A DNA stretch of 64,000 bases from an uncultured Gammaproteobacteria bacterium (lineage in GTDB: Bacteria > Patescibacteriota > Patescibacteriia > JAHIZJ01), in the NCBI GenBank assembly GCA_964371245.1, contig CAYJKP010000001.1, forward strand, positions 53,128 to 117,127. Reading direction: 5' to 3'. A program made the position numbers and the translations under genes. Shown piece after piece: positions 20,412 to 30,227 of the stretch. How positions within the stretch are numbered: position 1 is the stretch's first letter; the number at the start of each line of letters is the position of its first letter. The notes beneath the pieces are model-generated. The model was not told the DNA's origin. It saw nothing but the letters and a program-made list of their open reading frames with translations, and did no database searches.

Positions 20412-21602
20412 TTATTTTTTTGAACTTACCGTCTGGGCGATGGGGAGTTTAATATAGAAATTAGAGCCTTTTTGCAACTCACTTTCAGCCCAGACCTTTC
20501 CATGATGACCCTCTATTATTTCTTTTACAATATACAAGCCCAAACCGCTACCGTCCGTATACATGGCCGTGGCGTTATCAGCGCGGGCGAATTTTCGGAA
20601 AAGCTTACCGACTTCATTCTTAGGGATACCGATGCCATTATCGCTGATCGTGACAATCAGGCTGTGACGTTCCGGTTTGAGCGAAACAGTAACGACGCCT
20701 TTTTGTTTCCGGGTAGCTCGCGCCTCTTTGACCATTACAGTGGAAGGCGTGTATTTCAGTGCGTTGCTAATCAGATTATAGACTGCCTGCTCGAGATATT
20801 TTCTATCACCCTGCATGACCGGCAGCGTGTCTGGTTTCTCCCAGTGTAAATTGATCTGCCGCTGCCTTGCTTCCATCAGCGAGTTCGTTACCGCTTCATC
20901 TACCACGTCTTCGAGCTGGATAAACGGCGTACTCGGTCTGATGGAAAATTTATTGCTGTCAAATTCTGAGGCGCAGAGAATATCATTAATGATCATTTCC
21001 AGCTTAATGCTTTTATCCTCTACGCCTTTTAGAAACTCGCGCTGTTTCTTTTTTGACAGATGGTCCATGTCACCTTCAAGCATCATCGAGATGACGCCCT
21101 TGATGACTGATACGGGCGTGCGCAGTTGATGGGAAGCGATATCGAGAAATTCCGACTGCGTTTTAAGCACTTTTTGCAGATGCTTATTTTTTTCGGTAAT
21201 ATCATGCGTCTGCTCCGTTACCTTCTGCTGCAGCGTTTCAGTAAAATCTTTTAAAGCGCTTTTTGCCTTTTTCTCGGAAAAATTGGCTTCGATTATGTTC
21301 TCCGTGCTTTTGTCGAAATAAAAACCATAAACGATTATGAGCACGAACAACGAAATTATCAGTGTTTTTGAAATGGTGCGCTCGATAGCAAAAGAGGTGA
21401 TGACCAGCAGGACAATTAAGATCATGCTGATCAATAGATAACGGGCGAACAAGCATTGATTAAAACGGGATTCGCAGTAGTGGCAGCGTTTCGAGGGTGG
21501 TCCGCCGACGTTTTTGGCCAGCCAGCAGTTGCGATTTACATACTGCGCACCGCCAATACCCTTATTATTAGACGGAATTTGTTGGTCGGTCGGCGCTGGC
21601 AC
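20412..21602 (-). CDS. sensor histidine kinase (HisKA + HATPase_c)
   Basis: H-box SHQLRTPV. N/G boxes NAlKYT and DNGIGIP...GSGLGLYIV. N-terminal TM segments. The start is uncertain; an alternative ATG lies at 21425. Confidence 0.85.
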   Translation of the reverse strand: MPAPTDQQIPSNNKGIGGAQYVNRNCWLAKNVGGPPSKRCHYCESRFNQCLFARYLLISMILIVLLVITSFAIERTISKTLIISLFVLIIVYGFYFDKSTENIIEANFSEKKAKSALKDFTETLQQKVTEQTHDITEKNKHLQKVLKTQSEFLDIASHQLRTPVSVIKGVISMMLEGDMDHLSKKKQREFLKGVEDKSIKLEMIINDILCASEFDSNKFSIRPSTPFIQLEDVVDEAVTNSLMEARQRQINLHWEKPDTLPVMQGDRKYLEQAVYNLISNALKYTPSTVMVKEARATRKQKGVVTVSLKPERHSLIVTISDNGIGIPKNEVGKLFRKFARADNATAMYTDGSGLGLYIVKEIIEGHHGKVWAESELQKGSNFYIKLPIAQTVSSKK

Positions 21603-22032
21603 TGTCTTTTTTTATTAGTTTTTTAAAAAGAACATACATCAGAGCGGCCAGACAGATATTGGCGAAGCTGGCCAAAAGGGTTAGGAACGATACCAGCAAG
21701 TCGAGACCCCAGGCGAATGTACTGTAGGTATCATAATAGAGCAGGCCGAAGGAGAGCAGGAATAGAGCGGCCGTAAATCCATAGACAAACCGCAGTTCTC
21801 CAGGATCTTTGGTCACCGGGGAGACATTCTTTTTTAAAACCTTTTTTGAAAATAAACCGAAGAGTTGGTAAAGAATGTTAAGTTTCATTGAAAAGACGCC
21901 AAAGAAAAATAGCAGGCCGGTTATTAACACTAGCCAGATGTTGTGGATGAGAAAGGCCAGCAAGGCCAAGAAACCGCACGTGGCTCTGAAAAAATTCAAA
22001 GCGCGATTGTCGTAGATTGTGCATTGGGGCAT
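21568..22032 (-). CDS. hypothetical polytopic membrane protein
   Basis: 154 aa with four hydrophobic helices. Overlaps the kinase start. Confidence 0.45.
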   Translation of the reverse strand: MPQCTIYDNRALNFFRATCGFLALLAFLIHNIWLVLITGLLFFFGVFSMKLNILYQLFGLFSKKVLKKNVSPVTKDPGELRFVYGFTAALFLLSFGLLYYDTYSTFAWGLDLLVSFLTLLASFANICLAALMYVLFKKLIKKDSASADRPTNSV

Positions 22033-22090
22033 AGTTTGTTTTGTTTAAAAAATTATCAAAATAACAGATAGGTGGAAGCTAAGAAGCACG

Positions 22091-23446
22091 TCAATGTTTC
22101 AAGCAGTCTTTCACCGCCGCGCAGGCCTGCTGGACGTCACGAAGATCGTTGTAAATGTAAAAGCTCAGGCGGCAGCTGGCGGCCGGATCCAACCCGTAAT
22201 AGTGATGTGCCAGTGTGGCGCAGTGACAACCAGCTCGCGATTCCACGCCGCGCCGGCTTAATTCCTCGGCGATCGTAAACGGACTAATCCTATTATCGGT
22301 AAACGATACCAGCGAAGTTCTTTTTGCCGGATCTTTTGGTCCAAAAATGCGCAGCGAAGGTAATTGTTCCAGCAAATTCAAGCCCTCAGTAATCAACATC
22401 GTCTCGTGGTGTTCGACTCGTTTCATTGTTTCTTCAATATCGGCGGGCCGCAGATCCCTACCCGTCATAAAATATTCGGTTTTTCCTGGATGCAGGGCAA
22501 AGTCTAGCAAAAGGCGCAACGCCTGGGCTGAGATGATTGTTCCTAATATATTTGGCGTACCCGCCGTGAACTTCCAGGGCAGAGAGTTATACTCGACTTT
22601 CTCAGGGCTGACCATGCCCAGCGCAATCATGTCGCCGCCATAAAGAAAGGGCCGCATGGCTTTGAGCAGCTCGGTCCGGCCATAGAGCGCGCCGACTCCG
22701 AATGGCGCTAGCATTTTGTGGAAAGACCAAGCCAAAAAATCTGCCTTGAACTGATCAATATCTACAAACATATTTGGCACAAGTTGCGCGCCGTCGACAA
22801 GCAGGTAAGACTTTTTCTCGTCGCTCGGTTGGATATAACCGCTGGCATCGGCAATCTTCCTCACCTCGGCGAGCGGATTTTTCGTACCTAAGAAGTTAGA
22901 AGCGCCTACGCAACAGACTAGTTTCGTGCGAGAATCAACCAATGATTGTAAATGGCCGAGATCGAGTTCGCCTGTCTCTTTATCGAACTTGGCTAAACGG
23001 CACTCTACGCGGACGCCGAATTTCGGCAATATTTCTTTCGCGAGGCCATACCAGGGAACATAATTGGAGTTATGTTCCATAAAGGTTGTTACGATGTTGT
23101 CTCCATCCTTAAATTCCGTCAGTAGCGAATACATGACCGAATTGATGGCCTCGGTCGTATTGCGATAAAGAATGATGTTTTCTCGAGAGGGAGCGCCAAT
23201 AAATTGGGCGATAGTATCATAAGAAGCTTCAAAACTCTCAGTTATCTGCAGGGAGGCCTGGGATTGACCGCGATGCACGTTGTCGTATTGCGAACTCAGC
23301 TTCTTCAGAAGGTCAAACAACTGCTGCGGGGGTTGAGAGCTGGCGGCGTTATTCGTAAGAATTCGACCGGCTTTGATTGCCGGGAAAAATTTACGGATTT
23401 TTTTTGTGTCAATTGTTGTCATTTCGTTACCTGGGAATTGTTGCAT
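22091..23446 (-). CDS. cysteine desulfurase-like class V aminotransferase (SufS/CsdA family)
   Basis: PLP-lysine region SFHKMLAPFGVGALYG. C-terminal RAGCHCA (RSGHHCA-like) active-site Cys motif. Confidence 0.75.
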   Translation of the reverse strand: MQQFPGNEMTTIDTKKIRKFFPAIKAGRILTNNAASSQPPQQLFDLLKKLSSQYDNVHRGQSQASLQITESFEASYDTIAQFIGAPSRENIILYRNTTEAINSVMYSLLTEFKDGDNIVTTFMEHNSNYVPWYGLAKEILPKFGVRVECRLAKFDKETGELDLGHLQSLVDSRTKLVCCVGASNFLGTKNPLAEVRKIADASGYIQPSDEKKSYLLVDGAQLVPNMFVDIDQFKADFLAWSFHKMLAPFGVGALYGRTELLKAMRPFLYGGDMIALGMVSPEKVEYNSLPWKFTAGTPNILGTIISAQALRLLLDFALHPGKTEYFMTGRDLRPADIEETMKRVEHHETMLITEGLNLLEQLPSLRIFGPKDPAKRTSLVSFTDNRISPFTIAEELSRRGVESRAGCHCATLAHHYYGLDPAASCRLSFYIYNDLRDVQQACAAVKDCLKH

Positions 23447-23604
23447 TACTCATTCGCACCTTATATTTTAGCACATAATGCAATATTTTTCAAGTCGAAA
23501 TGATTAATTCTGTTTGTATTCAATCCTGGCGCATGTATTAGTATAAGTCGGAATAACAAAACGGTGGTCGAAGCGGTTCGACCACCTTATCGTACAAGAG
23601 CGCG

Positions 23605-24138
23605 TTACTTCAGATGCCGGCGCATCGGATGACACAGTCCGAAGACGGCCAGGGGCAGGCTGTACCAGGCACCATCCCCAGCCCGTGAGAGCAGCCAGAA
23701 CCCGACGAAGCCGAGCGGTACCATGCCGTACCAGAACGATCCATGGCGCTGCCAGTAGCTTATCCGGTACCCTTTTCTTCCGAAGAGCGAATAGGCCACC
23801 AGCGACACCAGTCCGACGAGCCACACGATCACGGCCAGGGCGACCGGCACGTGTGCCAGCGACGAATTCTCCTGGCTATGGAGAACCAGGAACCAGCCCC
23901 AGACGAGCATCCAGCAAGTTATTGCGTCCGTGCTGGTGTCGAGATACTTGCCGAACCTGGTCGCGACTTTGAGCCGGCGCGCCAGCCAGCCGTCGATGAC
24001 GTCCGTCAGGCTGGTGCCGAGAAAGAGCCACCAGGCTTCCGTCCAATCCAGCCGATGCATCGCCGCCACACATAGGGCGGCCATGGCCACACGGCTGAGC
24101 GTAATGGCTGTAACCGCCGATAGTGCAACTGCCCGCAT
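23605..24138 (-). CDS. CDP-alcohol phosphatidyltransferase family protein (GC-rich)
   Basis: Exact D-x2-DG-x2-AR-x8-G-x3-D-x3-D motif (DVIDGWLARRLKVATRFGKYLDTSTD). Polytopic membrane protein. Confidence 0.8.
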   Translation of the reverse strand: MRAVALSAVTAITLSRVAMAALCVAAMHRLDWTEAWWLFLGTSLTDVIDGWLARRLKVATRFGKYLDTSTDAITCWMLVWGWFLVLHSQENSSLAHVPVALAVIVWLVGLVSLVAYSLFGRKGYRISYWQRHGSFWYGMVPLGFVGFWLLSRAGDGAWYSLPLAVFGLCHPMRRHLK

Positions 24139-24264
24139 CGGAAACCTCCTCTTCTGTCCGGTTTGCGCACACCTAGTTTCCGCGATACTATAGTACTGGA
24201 TGAGGGGGAGGTCAAGAGGGGGAAGGTGAGTGAATCATAAAGTAACTAGTTATAAATAAAAGAT

Positions 24265-25218
24265 ATGAATTTTATAATAAAAAGAGAGTTTTTTACGAAT
24301 ATTGTGTTCGAGAAAGACATAGAATCAATTCCATGGGAGGGATGTTTGTTGTCGTTAATGGCAGATCCATCTACAATGCGTGATTATGAAATACGTATCA
24401 CCGGAACTGGTGATTATAAACCATTACTATCTGTCGATAAAACAAAACAATTATTAGAAACGTTAGACATAATAGCGTTTCATAGACAATCCTATATTGA
24501 GCTCGGCGACAATTATGCAATCTATAAAGAGGGCTTGGGCAAAACAAGAGGATTTGAATATTATCCATTTGAAGAATTAAATCCCTCAGGTAATTTAGTA
24601 AACGACGGTAGTATACCCGAGATAATTGATTTATCAGGCAAGCTTGTTAAAGAAGAAATTAAGAATGCTTTATGTTGGTATCGTCGTTCATTGTCAGTAA
24701 AATATGCATATGAATCATTGTTTTTTCATATTCTTGCTGTGGAAGCTTTAGCTGGTGATATAAAAATATATCCTAGGTGTTCGGAAAACGAGGAGATGAA
24801 GGAATGTATAAAACACCACTCGGTTAATAAAATACCTGTTACTAATAAGGATAAATTAAAAAATATTCTAGGAGAAGAAAAATACCGTTTGATTTATAAA
24901 AAACAAATTAGAAACAATTTATTTCATGGTAAATATGTTGATGAAAATGAATGCCATTCATTATTAGATGGTTTTTCTTTAAAAATTAGCGAGCATATAA
25001 AAAAAGAGCTAGGGTTAAGCGTTGCATTACAGAAACAACCGCGAAGTAAATATGCTTGGAAACGGCCAGGGAGGGCAATATGTTTATATGACACATTATT
25101 CCCAACTGAGTCTATTCCTAAAGATACTCCGACAATTGTCGAGTTAATAAATGCATATACAAATGGTTTTATTCCATTAGCACCAAAGAATATTCGTTTA
25201 AAAAGTGATGAAAAGTAG
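24265..25218 (+). CDS. AT-rich orphan protein with a candidate HEPN-like Rx4H motif
   Basis: 317-aa ORF whose codons are dominated by AAA, ATA, TTA and AAT, unlike all neighbouring genes. Contains IRNNLFHG (R-x4-H). Confidence 0.55.
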   Translation: MNFIIKREFFTNIVFEKDIESIPWEGCLLSLMADPSTMRDYEIRITGTGDYKPLLSVDKTKQLLETLDIIAFHRQSYIELGDNYAIYKEGLGKTRGFEYYPFEELNPSGNLVNDGSIPEIIDLSGKLVKEEIKNALCWYRRSLSVKYAYESLFFHILAVEALAGDIKIYPRCSENEEMKECIKHHSVNKIPVTNKDKLKNILGEEKYRLIYKKQIRNNLFHGKYVDENECHSLLDGFSLKISEHIKKELGLSVALQKQPRSKYAWKRPGRAICLYDTLFPTESIPKDTPTIVELINAYTNGFIPLAPKNIRLKSDEK

Positions 25219-25273
25219 TGCTTAAATTACTACGTCCGTCCCCTCCTCTTCCGCCGTGCATTAAACAACGCTT

Positions 25274-25636
25274 ATGTTAATCAAACATCTTTCCCAATGC
25301 CCCGAATTCATCGCCGGAGACAAGACATTGCTCCGTGAGCTGATCCATCCCGCAAATGACAAAGCGGCTATTCGTTACAGCCTGGCGCACTCGATCGTGA
25401 AAGCCGGCAATGCGTCCGTGGCGCACAGTTTGAAAACGACCGAAGTGTATTATATTCTCGAGGGCCAGGGCGTGATGCATATTAACGATGAAACCGCCGA
25501 AGTGTTCCCGGGCGATGCCGTGTATATCCCGCCAAACGCCACGCAATATATCGAGAATACCGGCGATAAGGATTTACTATTTCTCTGCATCGTCGATCCA
25601 GCCTGGCGGAAAGAGGATGAGAGCATAACACCATGA
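25274..25636 (+). CDS. cupin-domain protein
   Basis: 120 aa with HSLKTTEVYYILEG...FPGDAVYIPPN, the cupin 2 conserved barrel motifs. Confidence 0.7.
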   Translation: MLIKHLSQCPEFIAGDKTLLRELIHPANDKAAIRYSLAHSIVKAGNASVAHSLKTTEVYYILEGQGVMHINDETAEVFPGDAVYIPPNATQYIENTGDKDLLFLCIVDPAWRKEDESITP

Positions 25637-26130
25637 ACGGAATAACGAGAACAAAACTCGTGGCCATATCCCTGGCTAAATTTCCGATCATGTCAGTCAG
25701 GGGATTGCGCCGACTGCCTGACCGGGTGGGAAAAACATATACGGTCGATCAAGCCGGACAGTATACGATATTCCGGGAGACAGTCAACCGGCGGGTCAGG
25801 GGCGATGTGCCGATAGTGCTCGTGATCGGGTTCCGGCTAAAGCTGATCGGCTCAAAACCGTTATGGCACTGGCTATTCCAGCGCGTTTGTATCCTGACCA
25901 CGCCGTTCTGGTGCGGCCTGAAAGGCTTCAAGATAAAACTGTGGATGGTTGACCGAAAGACGAAGAACTATATGGGCATCTATGAGTGGCTGGGCGAGGA
26001 AAACGCGCGTGCCTATATTGATTTCCTGATTCCCATTTTGCGATTTTTTTCCATTCCCTCGACTATTTGGCACAAAACGCATAGCAACACGACCGTGGAT
26101 GATTCTTTGCGGAGGATCGAGGTCGGGTAA
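25633..26130 (+). CDS. hypothetical protein
   Basis: 165-aa ORF overlapping the cupin stop (ATGA). No family recognised. Confidence 0.4.
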   Translation: MNGITRTKLVAISLAKFPIMSVRGLRRLPDRVGKTYTVDQAGQYTIFRETVNRRVRGDVPIVLVIGFRLKLIGSKPLWHWLFQRVCILTTPFWCGLKGFKIKLWMVDRKTKNYMGIYEWLGEENARAYIDFLIPILRFFSIPSTIWHKTHSNTTVDDSLRRIEVG

Positions 26131-26401
26131 ACGTGAGCGCGGGCGCGGAGACCCGCGCTCGGAGGATATTGATTTTCTCAAAGCGCATCTCTCCGTGGAT
26201 GCGCGTAGTCAATTATTTGGCACACACCATCAATGACCCAGGTACAAAAAACCAAACCGATCGCACGCTCGAAAGCATGCGCTCGGTTGATACCAATAAT
26301 AATACCACCGAGCGAACCCTTTCTAGGTCGCATTAAATATTAATGTCCCAATTATTATAAAAATATGTTACAATTAATTCCTATTATTAATACTTGAAAA
26401 A

Positions 26402-27022
26402 ATGGAAAAACCCACAGTAGAGGTCGGCAAATCAATCGGCTACGGCTGGGAGACGGTCAAGAAAGATTTCTGGTATTTCGTCGGAATCGCCATCGTCGCG
26501 ATGGTGATCAGCGGTGTCGGCAGCAGCCGCGAAATCGGCCGGACCAGCTGGAATATCATCGGCCTGTTGTTATCGGCCTACATGATGTGCGGCTATATGA
26601 AAATAGTGCTGAGCTACCAGGCGGGCAAGAAATTGCCGTTCGGTGACCTGTTTATGCAGTGGAAGTACTACCTGCGGATTCTGGGCGCCCAGATATTACT
26701 CGGGATCATCATCGGCATCGGATTTATTTTATTGATCGTCCCCGGCATCTACCTGGCGCTGAGATACCAGTTTACCTTTTTGCTGATCATCGACCGGGAC
26801 CTCGGCATCGGCGCGGCCATGAACGAGAGCTCGAGACTGACGCAGGGCATAAAAATGTCGCTCCTGGGATTTGACCTGGCGTGCCTGGGGGTGGTGATTC
26901 TGGGCGCGATCGTGTTCGGCGTCGGGGTATTCGTGGCGACGCCGGTAGTCTGGCTGGCCACGGTGGCGCTCTACCGAAAACTGTCATCAGCGCAGCCCAG
27001 CCAGAACCAGCCCGCTGCCTAA
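26402..27022 (+). CDS. polytopic membrane protein (DUF975-like)
   Basis: 206 aa with four or five hydrophobic helices. Resembles DUF975-type membrane proteins. Confidence 0.45.
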   Translation: MEKPTVEVGKSIGYGWETVKKDFWYFVGIAIVAMVISGVGSSREIGRTSWNIIGLLLSAYMMCGYMKIVLSYQAGKKLPFGDLFMQWKYYLRILGAQILLGIIIGIGFILLIVPGIYLALRYQFTFLLIIDRDLGIGAAMNESSRLTQGIKMSLLGFDLACLGVVILGAIVFGVGVFVATPVVWLATVALYRKLSSAQPSQNQPAA

Positions 27023-27071
27023 AGAAGCCGGCGGTAACAGTAGCGAATATTTTATTTCTGATACGACAATA

Positions 27072-27254
27072 ATGCCAAACGGTATCAAACAAAATGGACC
27101 GGCGGGCGCGGTCTACGGCCTGGGCTTGATTGGCGCGGCCGTGTATTACATCGGCCACGCGGCCACCTTTTGGGTCGGGGTGCTCGGATTTCTGAAAGCC
27201 TTAGTTTGGCCGGCCATGCTGGTCTATCGCGCGCTTGAAGTCCTGTATCAATAG
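27072..27254 (+). CDS. small membrane protein
   Basis: 60 aa with two hydrophobic helices. Confidence 0.3.
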   Translation: MPNGIKQNGPAGAVYGLGLIGAAVYYIGHAATFWVGVLGFLKALVWPAMLVYRALEVLYQ

Positions 27255-27312
27255 TAAACAGACAAAAAAGCCGCCCTCTTGGGGGCGGCTTTTCTTTTTG
27301 TCTATTTTCAGT

Positions 27313-28467
27313 TTATTTCTTCTCTGGTGTTGCCGGCGGAGGCGTTGTCGTACCTTTTTTCTTGCGGGAGACAAGAATTATGACGACAATCAGAATCACG
27401 ATGATTACGCTACCTCCGATAATCAACATGGTTGTCGTGCTCATCCCTTCGTCCTTTGTGTCGGATTTGTCGGTATTTGTGGCGGCGGCGTTGGTCGCGG
27501 CAGTATTGGTGTTGCTATTTGCGACCACGGTATTCGTATTGGCGTTGGCATTGCCCGCGGTATTGGTGTTCACGACCACGGTACCGTTGGTATTGGCGTT
27601 GCCATTCACGACCACGGTATTGGTGTTCGTATTGGTCGGTGTGGTCAGGGCGAGGGAATAATCAACCAGCTGCGAGCTGCAACTGTCGTCGCAGTCGACT
27701 TTTACGTAGACGGGTGAATTTTGATCAGCGCTAAATGTGCTGGTCACGATCGCGCCCGCGTTGGCCGCATATTGTTGATCGACTTGCTGCCGTTGCGCGT
27801 CATAGACTGTCAGGATCATCTGCGCCGCGGCCGGAGGAGTCACTCTGATCTGGTAGGAACCGGTCTGGGTGGGCGTGAAAACGAACATGTCCGTGGAATC
27901 GTTGCCGATCTCGTAACCGCCGCCCAGGTGACCAGCATTCGTTCCGGCCGGCAGGGTCACGGCGCCTTCAAACGAACTCGGTGCGTCAACCGTCGAACCG
28001 GCGTCGTATTTATTATCCAGCGTCGCTGTCATGGCATAGGAAGTAACGCCCTCGTCGTCGGAGTCAATCATCAGATAGTACCGGCTTGAAGCCTGGCTGG
28101 AATCGACCAGCCACGAAACGGTCAGGGTGATTGAGGAATAATTCGCTTCAAATTTATTGACCAGTTCCTCGCGATCCTGTGAATACAACACGATCGAGCT
28201 GAGGGTGCCGTATGAGCTCACCGAATCGTTAAATGCCGTCCTGACGGTAATAAGCTGTCCCTGGCCGGCGGTAATGATGAAGTATTGTGGCGTGTCGGCA
28301 GCCAGCGCTCCGCCAGTGTAGTCGCCAGCTGGCAAGGACACGGCTGTATCAAAACTGTTTCCGCCGGTAATTGGCGTTTGAGCGTGGACCGTGCCGCCGA
28401 TCATCAGCAGTCCTCCCAGCATGAAAATAATGTACATTGCATACCTGACTGGTGCAAATCCTTTCAT
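27313..28467 (-). CDS. cell-surface protein with two PPC-like (pre-peptidase C-terminal) domains
   Basis: Signal peptide. Two GNSFDTA...LPAG...D..D.Y.I modules. An N/T-rich low-complexity stalk, a C-terminal TM helix and a Lys-rich tail. Confidence 0.6.
   Translation of the reverse strand: MKGFAPVRYAMYIIFMLGGLLMIGGTVHAQTPITGGNSFDTAVSLPAGDYTGGALAADTPQYFIITAGQGQLITVRTAFNDSVSSYGTLSSIVLYSQDREELVNKFEANYSSITLTVSWLVDSSQASSRYYLMIDSDDEGVTSYAMTATLDNKYDAGSTVDAPSSFEGAVTLPAGTNAGHLGGGYEIGNDSTDMFVFTPTQTGSYQIRVTPPAAAQMILTVYDAQRQQVDQQYAANAGAIVTSTFSADQNSPVYVKVDCDDSCSSQLVDYSLALTTPTNTNTNTVVVNGNANTNGTVVVNTNTAGNANANTNTVVANSNTNTAATNAAATNTDKSDTKDEGMSTTTMLIIGGSVIIVILIVVIILVSRKKKGTTTPPPATPEKK
27470..27660. repeat. 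intragenic imperfect tandem repeats encoding the N/T-rich stalk
   Basis: Repeated units of the form CACGACCACGGTATTGGTGTT / GGTATTGGCGTTG are visible on the plus strand. Confidence 0.5.
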
Positions 28468-28686
28468 AGTTTGTAAATTTACTTATCAATCCTACATAAA
28501 AAGTGTACAACGATGCAATGTGAGCGTCAAATATTGCTGCGTTATTTTTTCAATGGCGTCCATTATAATGTATGGTTCATAAATGGATTTATTGCGTCTT
28601 TTTCTTGCAAGCAGGTGATTTTAATAAAAAAGTGTTACAATACAGATACCTGAGGACAGGAATATCAAAAGTAAACAGGAGGCATT

Positions 28687-30225
28687 ATGAAAAAACCACT
28701 CTTCATCATTCTCGCGGTAATCATTTTAGCCGGCGCGGTTGTTGCTTTCCTCCGCTTTGGTTTGGGCGGGGATGAAGATACCTGGATTTGTTCGAATGGC
28801 CAATGGGTTAAGCACGGCAATCCCTCGGCTGCCAAACCGACAACCGGGTGCGGCCAGGCGGAAACAACGAATCAGAACGTAAACACGTCAAACAATACCA
28901 ATCTTCCGGTACCGAACGTCACCTACGCGACGAATACCGATCGAAGCCCGCTCTATGTTTTTGACACCGTCGATGAATGGACCTCGATCGCGCCCGAAGA
29001 AATACAAAAATCCGTGACGGCTGAACAGCGGCATGGGTATGAGATACAATATTTTGCCTCGAACACGGACGCGGTCACGTTTTCGGTCTCGGAAAAGAAA
29101 TCAACCGAGCTCATGAATATTGCGGCCATCGTGGCTGACGACCGGTCGGTTTCAAAAAATAATACGAGCGTTACCTGGCTTAATGAGCGTCTCGGCCAGA
29201 ACGATGCGCGAACCGAGTTGCGACAAGTTGTCGGTACGGCTGATTACACCGTGTATTCCCGCTATCTTATTGTTTCCTCGGCGGGCGGAGAAACGCGCTG
29301 GGCGCTGGCGGAAATCGGCGTACCGGCGGCCAAGAAAAACCAATATACCGGCGTGGTCGCGCACCTGCTCGACGCGCTCATGCTGGCAGACGGCTCGGCG
29401 AGCAATGTCGATCTCTCGGGGCAATTCAACTGGTCGACGATGAACCAAGGGCCGTACAACGATAAGGTTACCTATGCGACGAGCATCAATCTGACAAATT
29501 GGACAGCGTCAGGAAAAATACTGGCTGAACACGCGTCTGTGCCGGGCGCGGTGGTGAAAGATGGTACAATCTTCGCTTATTTCGTCGACGTCTCGCAGGA
29601 CGGCCTGAAAGAACAGCTCGGCCTGGTCAAATCGACCGACCAAGGTCTGACCTGGTCAGCACCGACGCGACTGACGATTTCCGGTCTCGGCGACAAAGCC
29701 ACAGCTGATCCGGCGCCGGTGCTGTTGGCTGACGGCCGCATCCGTCTTTTCTACTTTGACATCAATGAGTCGCGGATAAATAAGCCAGCGATCGGCACTG
29801 AACCGGTGAATACGATCTATTCGGCGATTTCCAATGACGGTATAAACTTCACTCAGGAAGCTGGCGTGCGGTTTCAGCGTCAGGGCGTATTTGACCCGGA
29901 CGTGGAATTGGTTAATAACACCTGGTACATGTACACCGGAGACGTTGAAAGCAATCAGGTGATTGTGGCTACGTCAACTGACGGTTTAACCTTTACAGAA
30001 AAAGGGGTTGCCTTTTCAGGCGGAGCCGTACCCGATGTCTGGTATGAAAGCGGCACCTGGTATCTCTATACCGCCGGAATTGGCATGGCCACCTCGACGA
30101 ACGGCGTAACCTTCACGGACGCGAGAGTGCGTTTCAGCGATCCTAATTATCAGGCGACAGCCGATCCGTCGGTGGTAAAACTCGCAAACGATTCATATTT
30201 GATGCTGTATAAAGTAAAACAATAG
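28687..30225 (+). CDS. secreted BNR/Asp-box repeat protein (sialidase-fold-like)
   Basis: Signal/anchor. Asp-box-like motifs STDQGLTWS, ISNDGINFT, STDGLTFT and STNGVTFT. Confidence 0.6.
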   Translation: MKKPLFIILAVIILAGAVVAFLRFGLGGDEDTWICSNGQWVKHGNPSAAKPTTGCGQAETTNQNVNTSNNTNLPVPNVTYATNTDRSPLYVFDTVDEWTSIAPEEIQKSVTAEQRHGYEIQYFASNTDAVTFSVSEKKSTELMNIAAIVADDRSVSKNNTSVTWLNERLGQNDARTELRQVVGTADYTVYSRYLIVSSAGGETRWALAEIGVPAAKKNQYTGVVAHLLDALMLADGSASNVDLSGQFNWSTMNQGPYNDKVTYATSINLTNWTASGKILAEHASVPGAVVKDGTIFAYFVDVSQDGLKEQLGLVKSTDQGLTWSAPTRLTISGLGDKATADPAPVLLADGRIRLFYFDINESRINKPAIGTEPVNTIYSAISNDGINFTQEAGVRFQRQGVFDPDVELVNNTWYMYTGDVESNQVIVATSTDGLTFTEKGVAFSGGAVPDVWYESGTWYLYTAGIGMATSTNGVTFTDARVRFSDPNYQATADPSVVKLANDSYLMLYKVKQ

Positions 30226-30227
30226 CC

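Noticed and set aside
27470-27660. CRISPR-like array
   Set aside because: The repeats are imperfect, contiguous and in-frame within a CDS encoding the N/T-rich stalk. No spacers or cas genes.
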